A DNA stretch of 64,000 nucleotides from an uncultured Gammaproteobacteria bacterium (GTDB lineage: Bacteria; Pseudomonadota; Gammaproteobacteria; Ga0077536): the NCBI GenBank assembly GCA_964642505.1, contig CAZXQY010000003.1, positions 324 to 64,323 of the forward strand. Reading direction: 5' to 3'. Position 1 is the first letter of the stretch. Each line of letters begins with the position of its first letter. Below the pieces are notes generated by a model that searched no databases, was not told the origin of the DNA, and saw only the letters and a program-made list of their open reading frames with translations. This document shows positions 32,114 through 41,405 of this stretch, in pieces. Position numbers and translations under genes: made by a program.

Positions 32114-33166
32114 TTACCTCAAATCGATTATCATTTCTCGTAACTTCTCGCAGTCATCAGCATCAACTGGAATACTGAACTCAACGTCAGTAACGATGTC
32201 CTCATACTTACTTTTCACTACAGACGCAATATCTTTGTGTAAACCCACGCAAGCATACTCATGAAGAATTTCATCATTAATATAAGCGGGCATTTCCTCC
32301 CATCGTCCGCTCTTGGACAAAAATCGAAGGTTTTCCGCCGTTTCTTCTAAACCATTAAATTCAAATGTTTTCCTGTAGCTCCAAGTGGCACCGTAAAACG
32401 CTATACGTGCCCTGACATCCTCAATAACTCTGTCTAGCCTTTCGGGAGTAGAAGCCGTTGCTATCAAGGGTTTTATGGCTATAGAAAAGCGCTTTTCGTC
32501 TCTACCAGATCTGGCTAATCCTTTTCGGATTTCTGGCCACATCACTTCTCTAATAAAAGTTGGGGTACAAACCGGGTGGGGTCTAACTCCCTCCGCAACC
32601 TCTCCGGCCAATCTTGCCATATAAGGATTAACTGCAGCTAAATGAATTGGGATTTTAGGATGATCTATGGGACCAGGATCAAATAAAGGGACCGTCATAC
32701 TGATTTTGTATACGTCACCCGATACATTTGGCTGTCTCCCTTCCTGCCAACTCGCCCATATTTCTCTTAAAGCCAAAACGTATTCACGTATCCATGGGCC
32801 TGGTTTGCGCCACTTTAACCCGTATCGCCTTTCTATATGCCCCTTCACCTGAGTTCCTAAGCCAAGCACAAACCTACCAGATGATAAATGCTGGATATTC
32901 CAGGCTGTCAACGCGGTAATTGCCGGACTACGAGGGAAGGCCATCGCCACCGCCGTTCCTATTTTTACGGAGTGAGTGGCCTCTGCTGCTATTGCACAAG
33001 CAATAAAGGGATCTTGCTTGGTTTCCTCAAACATCAACCCGTCATATCCGAGTGATTCAACCAATTGCGCATTCTGGAAAATACTCCTGAGATCATAAGG
33101 TTTTCGAGGTTTGCGCAAGCCTGGGTCGACTTTTCCCAATGGGAGTAATGTTTCTACTTTCATCAA
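32114..33166 (-). CDS. LLM-class (luciferase-like) flavin-dependent oxidoreductase
   Basis: TIM-barrel LLM signature (GRFVLGLGTQ...). Confidence 0.75.
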   Translation of the reverse strand: MMKVETLLPLGKVDPGLRKPRKPYDLRSIFQNAQLVESLGYDGLMFEETKQDPFIACAIAAEATHSVKIGTAVAMAFPRSPAITALTAWNIQHLSSGRFVLGLGTQVKGHIERRYGLKWRKPGPWIREYVLALREIWASWQEGRQPNVSGDVYKISMTVPLFDPGPIDHPKIPIHLAAVNPYMARLAGEVAEGVRPHPVCTPTFIREVMWPEIRKGLARSGRDEKRFSIAIKPLIATASTPERLDRVIEDVRARIAFYGATWSYRKTFEFNGLEETAENLRFLSKSGRWEEMPAYINDEILHEYACVGLHKDIASVVKSKYEDIVTDVEFSIPVDADDCEKLREMIIDLR

Positions 33167-33292
33167 CTAAGAACTTCTATTGTTTTAATCGGTTAGTTAA
33201 TTCTATACCGAATATAGTATATTTGTTCACTGCCGAATTTAATCGGAAAACTATTACCAATAGTCACCCATAAGTATACCTGAGGCAAACTC

Positions 33293-34255
33293 ATGCGAAT
33301 CATGATTTTCGCAACCTTTATTCTTACAGCCTTCATTACGGGAAAGGCGGACGCCGGCGATATCTATCGTATTTTGAGTAGCTGGCACTCAGAAACAAAA
33401 GAAAGTCAACCACTAGCTCTGTTTCAAAAATCCATGATAAAAGGATTCCCCGACGATCTATTTTTAACATTTGAACCCAATACTGTCCCAACTAATCGTC
33501 AATTTCATGCCGTAGCTCTAGGAATTTTCGACCTCCTTTTTACCCAGGCAAGCTATCATTCCGATTCGGTCCCGGCTAGCCTTCTGTTAGAAACTTTTTC
33601 GGTGTCACCTAACGTACTGCGTCAAACCGGTTTTTGGCAATCTTTAGATAACTATTACCATAAACACGGACTTAAACTGCTCTCCGTTATCAACACTGGC
33701 AATGGTTACCACCTGCTACTACGAGAGACACCAAAATCCTGCAATCTAGAAAGCAATAGAATTTCTGTCGCAAGTCCCTTTAAACAATTCGTTGTTTCTA
33801 TGGACGGCCTGCCAGTAGCACAAACTATACCGAGCAGAGAAAATACTTTTAAAGGACCTGATATCGACGGTGTTTTAGTTCCAATCAAAGATCACTCGAC
33901 TTCATATTGGTCAAAGAGCACGAGATTTCGAACGCAATCTGCATTTGGATCTGTAACATATTTAATCCTGATCAACCTTGATCGGTGGAAAGACATATCA
34001 ACCAACAATCAAGAAAAAATCCTGACCATTGGCGCCTCCTTAGAAACTCAAGTTTACGACACCCGAAAAAAGAGACTTGGGGTTTATGAAGCAGATTTCC
34101 AAAAAAAGAATATAGTACCTATCGATTTCTGTGCCACCGATCCTAACTCCCTACAGAAAACCTTTACTAGAACCATCCTTCAAATATCATCCATCCAAGA
34201 ACCCGGACTAACGGATAAATTCAGACAACTAATTCGATCAATTTCGAATCAATAG
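33293..34255 (+). CDS. Secreted hypothetical protein
   Basis: Signal peptide MRIMIFATFILTAFITGKADA. No recognisable family by eye. Confidence 0.45.
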   Translation: MRIMIFATFILTAFITGKADAGDIYRILSSWHSETKESQPLALFQKSMIKGFPDDLFLTFEPNTVPTNRQFHAVALGIFDLLFTQASYHSDSVPASLLLETFSVSPNVLRQTGFWQSLDNYYHKHGLKLLSVINTGNGYHLLLRETPKSCNLESNRISVASPFKQFVVSMDGLPVAQTIPSRENTFKGPDIDGVLVPIKDHSTSYWSKSTRFRTQSAFGSVTYLILINLDRWKDISTNNQEKILTIGASLETQVYDTRKKRLGVYEADFQKKNIVPIDFCATDPNSLQKTFTRTILQISSIQEPGLTDKFRQLIRSISNQ

Positions 34256-34290
34256 TAGTTAGATTGATTTCCCGCTGGTTAAACTAAAAC

Positions 34291-35598
34291 TTAAGATTGC
34301 GATCCGACGATTTCTTCTTTCAGCAAGATGGCCTCACCAACCTGCTCTGCTGTCCCCTCTTCTAAAATTTCCTCTAGAATGAACCTTGCACTAGGATAGT
34401 ACCCTAACTCGATATATGCTTTTGCCAAGTTTAATTTAACATCGTTCTCTCCACCCTCTGCACTAACAGTCTTTATGACGCTAGATACATTTTCCTCGGT
34501 ATCGCCCTCTTGCCTTTCGTCCTCCTCAATTGAAACAATTGATCCAGCAGCGACTCTAGATTCACTCTCCCAACTTGAATCTTCGGAAGGATCTACATCT
34601 TCATCCTCAGAAAGCCCTTCATTTTGGTCCTTCTCAATTTGTGCGATTTTATCTAAATCTTGACCATGCAATGAGAAACCGTCGTAATTCTTCCCGTCCC
34701 AATTCGTATCCCATCCGACTTCGGCGACCACTTTTGGAGGGCTTTCCACTTCCTCAGGAGGCTGTTGTGACATTTCACCTTTCCTACTGATGTCCGCCAG
34801 TGGTGAATCCACATCGACACTACCTTTAGAGTCTTCCAATCTTTCTACCGACTCAGAAAGCCCTTTGTTCGTTTCTAGCTGGCCAGTGCCCCAAACTCGC
34901 ATCCCGCCCAAGGAGTCGTCTATTTTTCGCTGAATTTCTCGCAGGAAGGACGTCCTTATTTGTCTAAGTTCGTTGGAAGGCCTTCTCGTTAACATAAAAG
35001 CTATCTCTCGAGCCCTGTTAAGCAGATCCTTTCTTCGCATTATCTCTGCCACGATACCACTCTTTCTAGCCTCCTTTACAGACATCGACTTCCCGGTCAA
35101 CAGAAAGTAACGTGCTCGATTCAGACCTAACAAACTACGGAGAGCCAGTCGTCTGACTTCCCTGTCAGCGACAGATTGTGCTAGATTAGACTGCGTTTCC
35201 TGGAATTCCACATTCTCTGACGCGAGGACAACGTCGGAAAACAAAGGGATTTCACAATATTGCCTGACTGGCCCATTTATTGCAGCTATCACCGGGACAG
35301 GTATTTTCATTAAGATTTCCAAAAGGCTGGTTTCTTGCCAGTCTTCCACAGGATAAACTGACCTGGACTCTTCCTCATCAGCTCTCCAAAAGTGGTCGCC
35401 GAATCCAGTTAGAATAACGATTTTATTATCAGGATCTTTCGCTATCTCTCTGAAAACGCTAGCAACTTGCGGCCGTATCTTTGGTGCCCAAATCAGAGTT
35501 TGATCTAATCCAAAAGTGAGTTCTAAAATCCCCCCGTGCCTTTCAAGTTTTATATCTTGATAACTATGGAAATACGTTTCAAAATTACTAACGGTCAT
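34291..35598 (-). CDS. Fusion protein: enoyl-CoA hydratase/isomerase (crotonase) fold, long acidic Ser/Glu/Asp-rich linker, then a FimV-type C-terminal domain
   Basis: Crotonase motifs (VILTGFGDHFWRADEEE; PVIAAINGPV...SENVEFQETQ). The linker covers about residues 250-390. The C-terminal VKLNLAKAYIELGYYPSARFILEEILEEGTAEQVGEAIL matches the conserved FimV C-terminal module. Start at an ATG or at a TTG 12 nt upstream. Confidence 0.65.
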   Translation of the reverse strand: MTVSNFETYFHSYQDIKLERHGGILELTFGLDQTLIWAPKIRPQVASVFREIAKDPDNKIVILTGFGDHFWRADEEESRSVYPVEDWQETSLLEILMKIPVPVIAAINGPVRQYCEIPLFSDVVLASENVEFQETQSNLAQSVADREVRRLALRSLLGLNRARYFLLTGKSMSVKEARKSGIVAEIMRRKDLLNRAREIAFMLTRRPSNELRQIRTSFLREIQRKIDDSLGGMRVWGTGQLETNKGLSESVERLEDSKGSVDVDSPLADISRKGEMSQQPPEEVESPPKVVAEVGWDTNWDGKNYDGFSLHGQDLDKIAQIEKDQNEGLSEDEDVDPSEDSSWESESRVAAGSIVSIEEDERQEGDTEENVSSVIKTVSAEGGENDVKLNLAKAYIELGYYPSARFILEEILEEGTAEQVGEAILLKEEIVGSQS

Positions 35599-35801
35599 AG
35601 AATACCCCAAAAATCTTCCTCAAATGATTACGAAGTGAGTGCACTTGTAAAAATTGTAGCATCGTACTCAGACAATTTTACAAGAATTTTGCTATAAAAA
35701 GCAGAAATTTGTCTCGGAAACAATTTTGATCCACATCTTCAATTAAATAAAAGGGAACGCTAAAATAGTTCTTGCTAACTTCTTATTTTTAGGAACAACC
35801 T

Positions 35802-36569
35802 ATGAGAAAACTTAATGGTAAAGTGGCTGTAATAACCGGAGCCACCGGCGGTATAGGACAAGCATCTGCCAATCTTTTCGTTAAAGAAGGCGCCAAGGTG
35901 ATCCTCATAGACCTCTCTCAAGAAGGTTTGGACGAAATAACTGACAGATTAGGTACAGAAAATGCTCTTGGTATTGCTGGAAATGTGACGAATAGCATGG
36001 ATTTTAAAAATGCCGTCCAAAAAGGCGCAGACGCTTTCGGAAAAATAGACACAGTTTTCTTAAATGCCGGCATCGAGGGCCCGGTCAAAATACTAACCGA
36101 ATACCCGGAAGAGGACTTTGAAAACGTCATGAACGTAAACGTTCGTGGCGTTTTTCTAGGTTTGAAGTATTCTATTCCGCACCTAAAACGTGCTGGCGGC
36201 GGTAGTATCGTTATTACCTCCTCTTTGGGGGGGTTGAGAGGCATGCCGAAAATCTCAGGATATATCGCCTCTAAACACGCTGTGGTTGGTTTGATGAAGT
36301 CTGCCGCCCTAGAACTAGCATCTTCTGGGATCAGAGTTAACACGATAAACCCTGCTCCCATAGCCACTAGAATGATCGAATCTTTAGAAGAAGGGTTTTC
36401 AACAGGTTCTATCGATTCTGTTAAACAAAAAATGGAAAAATCAGTCCCTTTACGTCGCTATGGCAAGCCGGAGGAGGTGGCTCAGCTAGCGTTATTCCTA
36501 TGCTGCGACGACGCTAGTTACATCACTGGTAACAGCTATCCTATAGATGGTGGGAGTTCGGCAAAATGA
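35802..36569 (+). CDS. Short-chain dehydrogenase/reductase (SDR)
   Basis: TGATGGIG, NAG and YIASK motifs. Confidence 0.85.
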   Translation: MRKLNGKVAVITGATGGIGQASANLFVKEGAKVILIDLSQEGLDEITDRLGTENALGIAGNVTNSMDFKNAVQKGADAFGKIDTVFLNAGIEGPVKILTEYPEEDFENVMNVNVRGVFLGLKYSIPHLKRAGGGSIVITSSLGGLRGMPKISGYIASKHAVVGLMKSAALELASSGIRVNTINPAPIATRMIESLEEGFSTGSIDSVKQKMEKSVPLRRYGKPEEVAQLALFLCCDDASYITGNSYPIDGGSSAK

Positions 36570-36600
36570 CCTTTAAACACCTTAGAAAAGACGACACTAT

Positions 36601-37224
36601 ATGATTCAAGCGATTGGAGCCGGCGTGGGCAGGACTGGAACTAGGTCTCTTCAAAGTGCTCTACAATACTTGTTGAATGGCGACTGTTACCACATGTTTG
36701 AAGTCGGAAAACGACCGAAGGACATACCGATTTGGAAGGACGCAGCGAAAGGACGAATGCCAGATTGGAAGGTTTTCTTATCTGAGTGGTCTGCCGTCGT
36801 GGACTGGCCAGCAGCCGCCTACTGGGAAGAGATTTCCGATTCATTTCCCAATGCTGTAATAATCCTATCTCTTCGGGATCCCGAGGATTGGTGGCAAAGC
36901 GCTTCCAGCACAATATTCCAAGCCCTTAGAGAAGCTGAACCGAGTAACTGGCGAGATATGGTTCTAGAAACTTTTGAAAATAGATTTACCGCTGATATAA
37001 ACGATAAAGCCGGATGTATCTCCGAGTATAAAAAACACAACCTTAACGTGAAAAAGAAGGCGGATCCTAAGCGCTTATTGGAGTGGCACCCTGCGGAAGG
37101 GTGGCCCTCGATTTGCCGAGCTCTCAAACTACCTATTCCGCAACGACCTTTTCCTCATTTAAACGATAAGAATTGTTTCACGAAACGAATTCTACGTAAG
37201 GATCGAAATAAAAAAGAAGATTAG
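36601..37224 (+). CDS. Sulfotransferase-family protein
   Basis: N-terminal GVGRTGTRS 5'-PSB-loop-like motif and an RDPEDWWQS region (3'-PB-like). Confidence 0.55.
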   Translation: MIQAIGAGVGRTGTRSLQSALQYLLNGDCYHMFEVGKRPKDIPIWKDAAKGRMPDWKVFLSEWSAVVDWPAAAYWEEISDSFPNAVIILSLRDPEDWWQSASSTIFQALREAEPSNWRDMVLETFENRFTADINDKAGCISEYKKHNLNVKKKADPKRLLEWHPAEGWPSICRALKLPIPQRPFPHLNDKNCFTKRILRKDRNKKED

Positions 37225-37274
37225 AATCAATTTGCTTTTGATAAGCTAGATATTAAACGAAAAAACCAATTAGT

Positions 37275-38474
37275 ATGATACGTAAAAATAAAGAAAAAAT
37301 CTCGGAACCTAAAGTTTTTGAGGGAGTCAACGTTTTGGATTTTTCTGGCGTAATCGCTGGGTCATATTGCACTCGAATGCTTTCAGACTTGGGAGCTGAG
37401 GTTCTAAAAATAGAACATCCCAAGGGAGAAATAATGCGTCGAGTCGCCCCGATGAGGGGCAAGGCTAGCGCGGTTTTTGGTGCACTTAACATGGGAAAGA
37501 AAAATATAGCTTTGGATTTAAAACGAGAAGAAGCTGTCTCAATTTGTAAGCAGTTGCTTAAAAAATACGACGTGATAGTAGAAAACTATAGTCCGGGCGT
37601 TATGTCTCGACTAGGGTTAGGATATGACCAGTTAAAGGAGATAAATCCGCAGTTAATTATGTGCTCAATCTCTGGCTACGGGCAGAATGGACCAAGCAGT
37701 CAAAAACCGGCTTTTGCCCCGATCGTTCAAGCAGCCAGTGGATTTGATCTCACCTACCTACAAACCCAACCTGACCTCGCTAAACCTCTCAATATGGGTC
37801 CGCCTGTGGGGGATACGACGGCTTCACTGCAAGCCTTTGGAGCAATAAGTGCTGCCCTATACTATAGGAGCAAAACTGGAATCGGCCAACATATAGATAT
37901 TGCAATGATGGACTGCCTAATAGCGAGTATGCACCGAGATTTCCAAAGCGCGTTACTAGGAGACGAAGTAGATAGAAGATATGGCCCTATTGCCACTAAA
38001 GACGGTTTTATAGTTGTCATACCACTTACACAGGTTCAATTTACTCGACTCGTAAAATGTATAGGTAGAGCGGAACTCCTGGAGAACGATCGTTTTTCGA
38101 GCGAAAAAGAACGTTTTGAGAACTATAATGAACTAATGGAAATAACCGAAAAATGGTCAAAAAAATTAGATTCAAAGACCGCCATAGAAGCGTTAGAAGA
38201 CGCTAAGATACCATGTGCAGCGTATAGGACCCTTAAGGAGTCTGCGAACGACCCCCAGCTTGATTTTAGAAAATTTATTATTAAGATTGAGGATGAGATT
38301 GGATCCTATGAGGTGACAGATACCCCCATAAGATTTTCTAACACCTCAACTGCAAATAAGCTCTTTGTCGCTGAGATAGGCGAGCACTCGATTTCAACTT
38401 TAGAAAAAGATCTCCGCATGAGAAAAGTTGATATACAGACTTTGATCGACCAAGAAGTTGTTTTTCAGGCGTAA
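37275..38474 (+). CDS. Family III CoA-transferase (CaiB/BaiF family)
   Basis: VLDFSGVIAGSYCTRMLSDLGAEVLKIE N-terminus and conserved Asp region. Confidence 0.85.
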   Translation: MIRKNKEKISEPKVFEGVNVLDFSGVIAGSYCTRMLSDLGAEVLKIEHPKGEIMRRVAPMRGKASAVFGALNMGKKNIALDLKREEAVSICKQLLKKYDVIVENYSPGVMSRLGLGYDQLKEINPQLIMCSISGYGQNGPSSQKPAFAPIVQAASGFDLTYLQTQPDLAKPLNMGPPVGDTTASLQAFGAISAALYYRSKTGIGQHIDIAMMDCLIASMHRDFQSALLGDEVDRRYGPIATKDGFIVVIPLTQVQFTRLVKCIGRAELLENDRFSSEKERFENYNELMEITEKWSKKLDSKTAIEALEDAKIPCAAYRTLKESANDPQLDFRKFIIKIEDEIGSYEVTDTPIRFSNTSTANKLFVAEIGEHSISTLEKDLRMRKVDIQTLIDQEVVFQA

Positions 38475-38512
38475 GTGCGTCTACTTAAAATTTAGGAAGG
38501 CAGTACAATTTA

Positions 38513-38668
38513 ATGATTTCTTGGATAGGTTTATGGGTTTTCGCTTTTTCTATCGGCGGCCTAATAGCCATATTAGCTGACAAAGACAATCTTTCGCAAA
38601 ATAAAACAGTCATCTTTTTTTTCTTTTGTTTGTCAATAGCCTCAGGTCTTGCCGTCTTTTTTCGGTAA
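38513..38668 (+). CDS. Small membrane protein (51 aa, 2 TM), hypothetical
   Basis: AGGAAGG ribosome-binding site 12 nt upstream of the ATG. It fits exactly between the CoA-transferase and the convergent SnoaL gene. Not in the ORF track (<60 aa). Confidence 0.35.
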   Translation: MISWIGLWVFAFSIGGLIAILADKDNLSQNKTVIFFFFCLSIASGLAVFFR

Positions 38669-38678
38669 TTGCTAGAAA

Positions 38679-39116
38679 TCAAACCCAATCTTCTTCCGTA
38701 TGTATCCGAGTAAGGTGAATTTTTTGAATTCTCCACCCATTTGAGTCGTTCAGATACTCCTCATAATAGTGTCCCCAACCTTTAAAGTTACAGGTAGGGA
38801 GCCTAACATAATCAAACATGGCCCAAATAGCCGTAGCCCTATTTTCGTCAACAAACTCGATTTCTGGCATAAACCCTTGATGCATCGACTTTGCTCCAGT
38901 CATTAATTTTTTTACACCCTCGACTAGTTCTTCTCGACCCACAATATGTATGTCTGTCGGTTCGTCTACACTCACCCTGGGAGCACCTTCGTATGTCGCA
39001 GCTATATCGTCTGTAAAACAATCATGCCATGAGTCCCATTTCTGGGTATCCATCAATCTAAAATAACGAGACTTTAACACGCGTATTTGTTCGAAATCTT
39101 CCGCTCTATGTGACAT
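38679..39116 (-). CDS. SnoaL-like / NTF2-fold protein (BaiE-like dehydratase family)
   Basis: 145-aa α+β barrel family with an N-terminal RYFRLMDTQKWD segment. Confidence 0.55.
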   Translation of the reverse strand: MSHRAEDFEQIRVLKSRYFRLMDTQKWDSWHDCFTDDIAATYEGAPRVSVDEPTDIHIVGREELVEGVKKLMTGAKSMHQGFMPEIEFVDENRATAIWAMFDYVRLPTCNFKGWGHYYEEYLNDSNGWRIQKIHLTRIHTEEDWV

Positions 39117-39156
39117 ATGTAACTCCCTTCAATACTCGACTTTATTACCACTAATT

Positions 39157-40314
39157 TTACCACAGCGTCTTACTCGCGAGTCTAGCGCCTTCGGAAAGAG
39201 CTCCTAATTTGGCCCAAACCACGCTCGGAGCAACCATTTCCCACCCTGCGAAAGTACCGAAACCGCAGTCCGCCCCTGCGATCACGCGCTCTTTATCACC
39301 CACAGCCTCCACGGCCTCTAAGATTCTATTGCATACAACCTGAGGATGTTCTACGTAGTTAACCGTGGAGTCTATAACTCCAGGAATCAACAGGAAATTA
39401 TCACGCTTATTGACTTTTTTAAGCGTGTCATATTCATGTTGATGCCGGGGATTCGCGAACTCGACAGAAAACGCTCCGACATTAGCCCCGGATATAATAG
39501 GCCATATGTCGGCGAGGGGCACATCAAAATCGTGCGGACCATCGTAGTTTCCCCAGCACACATGGAGACGAATCCTATCCAGCGGAATACCACTACAAGC
39601 CTGATTTATTGCGTCGATGTGGATAGCTATAGCATCTAAAAATTGACTGGTACTGGAATGTTGAAACATCCCATGTCTCTCCATCGCTAAATCTGGACAA
39701 TCTAGCTGTAACAGGTAGCCACGGCCAGCAATGAGTTCGTATTCTTTCTTCATTTGCTTGGCAACCGCGTATACGTAATCTGAATGAGACTCATAATATT
39801 TGTTTCCAAGCGTAGTACACACTATCCCTGGACTAGCCGCAGTCATAAAAGTTTCGACGTATTCCCCGCTAAAAGAAGAAATGGCTGTCTCAAAAATCTC
39901 ACACTCTTTTGTCGCTGGCCCTAAATCATTGTATTCGACCTCTTCGCTAGCCGCCGGGGCGTCAAAAACCGACGAATAGACCATACCTCTCTTATTCCAG
40001 ACCTCTCCAAAATCTTGATAACGCGCAAAATCCGCAAAAATCATTCTCTCACTCACACCACCAAACCCGCTCAATCTCTGACCTACATAGGTTTGAAATC
40101 CTACTCGCGGTTGCTCACCATCATTAATTACATCTATTCCGGATTCTATCTGTTTCCGAACACAACGATTTACCCCTTCCTCACTAAGAGCTGCCAGACT
40201 TTTTTTGTCGACCTTCTCGCCACGCTCTTCCGCGATAAGAAGATCAGACAAAGCCCTTTGCCGGGGCAAGCTACCTACATGGGTAGTCAGGATCCTATTT
40301 TCGCTATCGCGCAT
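39157..40314 (-). CDS. Cobalamin-independent methionine synthase (MetE) C-terminal-domain-like methyltransferase
   Basis: The segment THVGSLPR...INDGE...HVCWGNY resembles the MetE catalytic-domain zinc ligand region (His, Cys, Glu, Cys). Confidence 0.65.
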   Translation of the reverse strand: MRDSENRILTTHVGSLPRQRALSDLLIAEERGEKVDKKSLAALSEEGVNRCVRKQIESGIDVINDGEQPRVGFQTYVGQRLSGFGGVSERMIFADFARYQDFGEVWNKRGMVYSSVFDAPAASEEVEYNDLGPATKECEIFETAISSFSGEYVETFMTAASPGIVCTTLGNKYYESHSDYVYAVAKQMKKEYELIAGRGYLLQLDCPDLAMERHGMFQHSSTSQFLDAIAIHIDAINQACSGIPLDRIRLHVCWGNYDGPHDFDVPLADIWPIISGANVGAFSVEFANPRHQHEYDTLKKVNKRDNFLLIPGVIDSTVNYVEHPQVVCNRILEAVEAVGDKERVIAGADCGFGTFAGWEMVAPSVVWAKLGALSEGARLASKTLW

Positions 40315-40343
40315 TTAATCTACTCCTCCAAATCAATTATTAA

Positions 40344-41183
40344 TTAGGGCGAATATGCTGTCGGCACTTCCACCGTACAAATCTCTATACGCGAATTCCT
40401 GCCCCCACTCCCAACATCTTCTATTTCCCCTTCAAATGTTAAACCAAAGAAAGTAGTACCGTTCCGACCTCCCAAATTACAGGCCACCGCCCTCTTTCCT
40501 CGCACATGAATCTCTTCTAGAATTTTTCCGCCGCCCTGAACCCTTAGAAAAACCCCAGTAACAAAGCTCGCCACCCAGACAGCTCCTTCAGCGTCCAAGC
40601 AAATGCCGTCGGGGGTATGCTCTCCTAATGCAGCCCAAACGCGTTTGTTGCTTAATCTACCTTCCGAATCCAGATCAAAAGCGGTCAAACAATGACCGAA
40701 TGTCTCTGCACAAATTAGCGTATTACCATCAGAAGTGATGACAGATCCATTCGGAAAATTCAACTGATCAGCTGCTACAGAGCCTTTCCCATTTTCGTTT
40801 ACCTTTACAATAGTTGCTAGTTTAGGCTCTTCGCCAGCCAATAAATCGTAACCGAAATTGCCTACAAATATATTTCCAAGACTATCGACCACCGAATCGT
40901 TTATATCTGAGTCTACAATTTTAGACAGATCGGCATACTCCTTTAGGTCTCCGGCACTAGTAATTTCCAAAAGCTTACGATCTGCCATCGAAACCGCAAT
41001 TAATCTACCGTCAGGTAAGAAATTTAACCCAGAGGGTCGGCCTGGGACATCCGCCAACTTCTGGCAGTCTCCGGTCTCTGACGTAGCATAAACGGCGTGC
41101 CCCCACATATCTGAAAAAAACAGCCGATCCTCTTTCCAGCGCGGCCCTTCTAAAAAAACAAACCCATCAAGTAGCGTTTCCAT
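40344..41183 (-). CDS. SMP-30/gluconolactonase/LRE-family β-propeller hydrolase
   Basis: N-terminus LEGPRW, repeated NG..DG propeller motifs and a terminal DG..L. The ATG at 41183 is preferred over the TTG at 41252. Confidence 0.7.
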   Translation of the reverse strand: METLLDGFVFLEGPRWKEDRLFFSDMWGHAVYATSETGDCQKLADVPGRPSGLNFLPDGRLIAVSMADRKLLEITSAGDLKEYADLSKIVDSDINDSVVDSLGNIFVGNFGYDLLAGEEPKLATIVKVNENGKGSVAADQLNFPNGSVITSDGNTLICAETFGHCLTAFDLDSEGRLSNKRVWAALGEHTPDGICLDAEGAVWVASFVTGVFLRVQGGGKILEEIHVRGKRAVACNLGGRNGTTFFGLTFEGEIEDVGSGGRNSRIEICTVEVPTAYSP

Positions 41184-41405
41184 TTTTTTCACTGAATTTT
41201 CCTTAGTATGATTACCCAACCATAAACTAGGTTCCAAATAGAATTCTGTCAAGAGCTAGCTATTTTTTAGTAGATCATGAATCCGGAAATCCCATTCCGC
41301 CGACGATAAACCGAAAAAATATGAACATAAGGATTTGTTCTAAAAAGATCTGGGATGGTTCGCCGGTCAAATCAGGTTTTTACCAGCGACTCTATGATTT
41401 TTATT

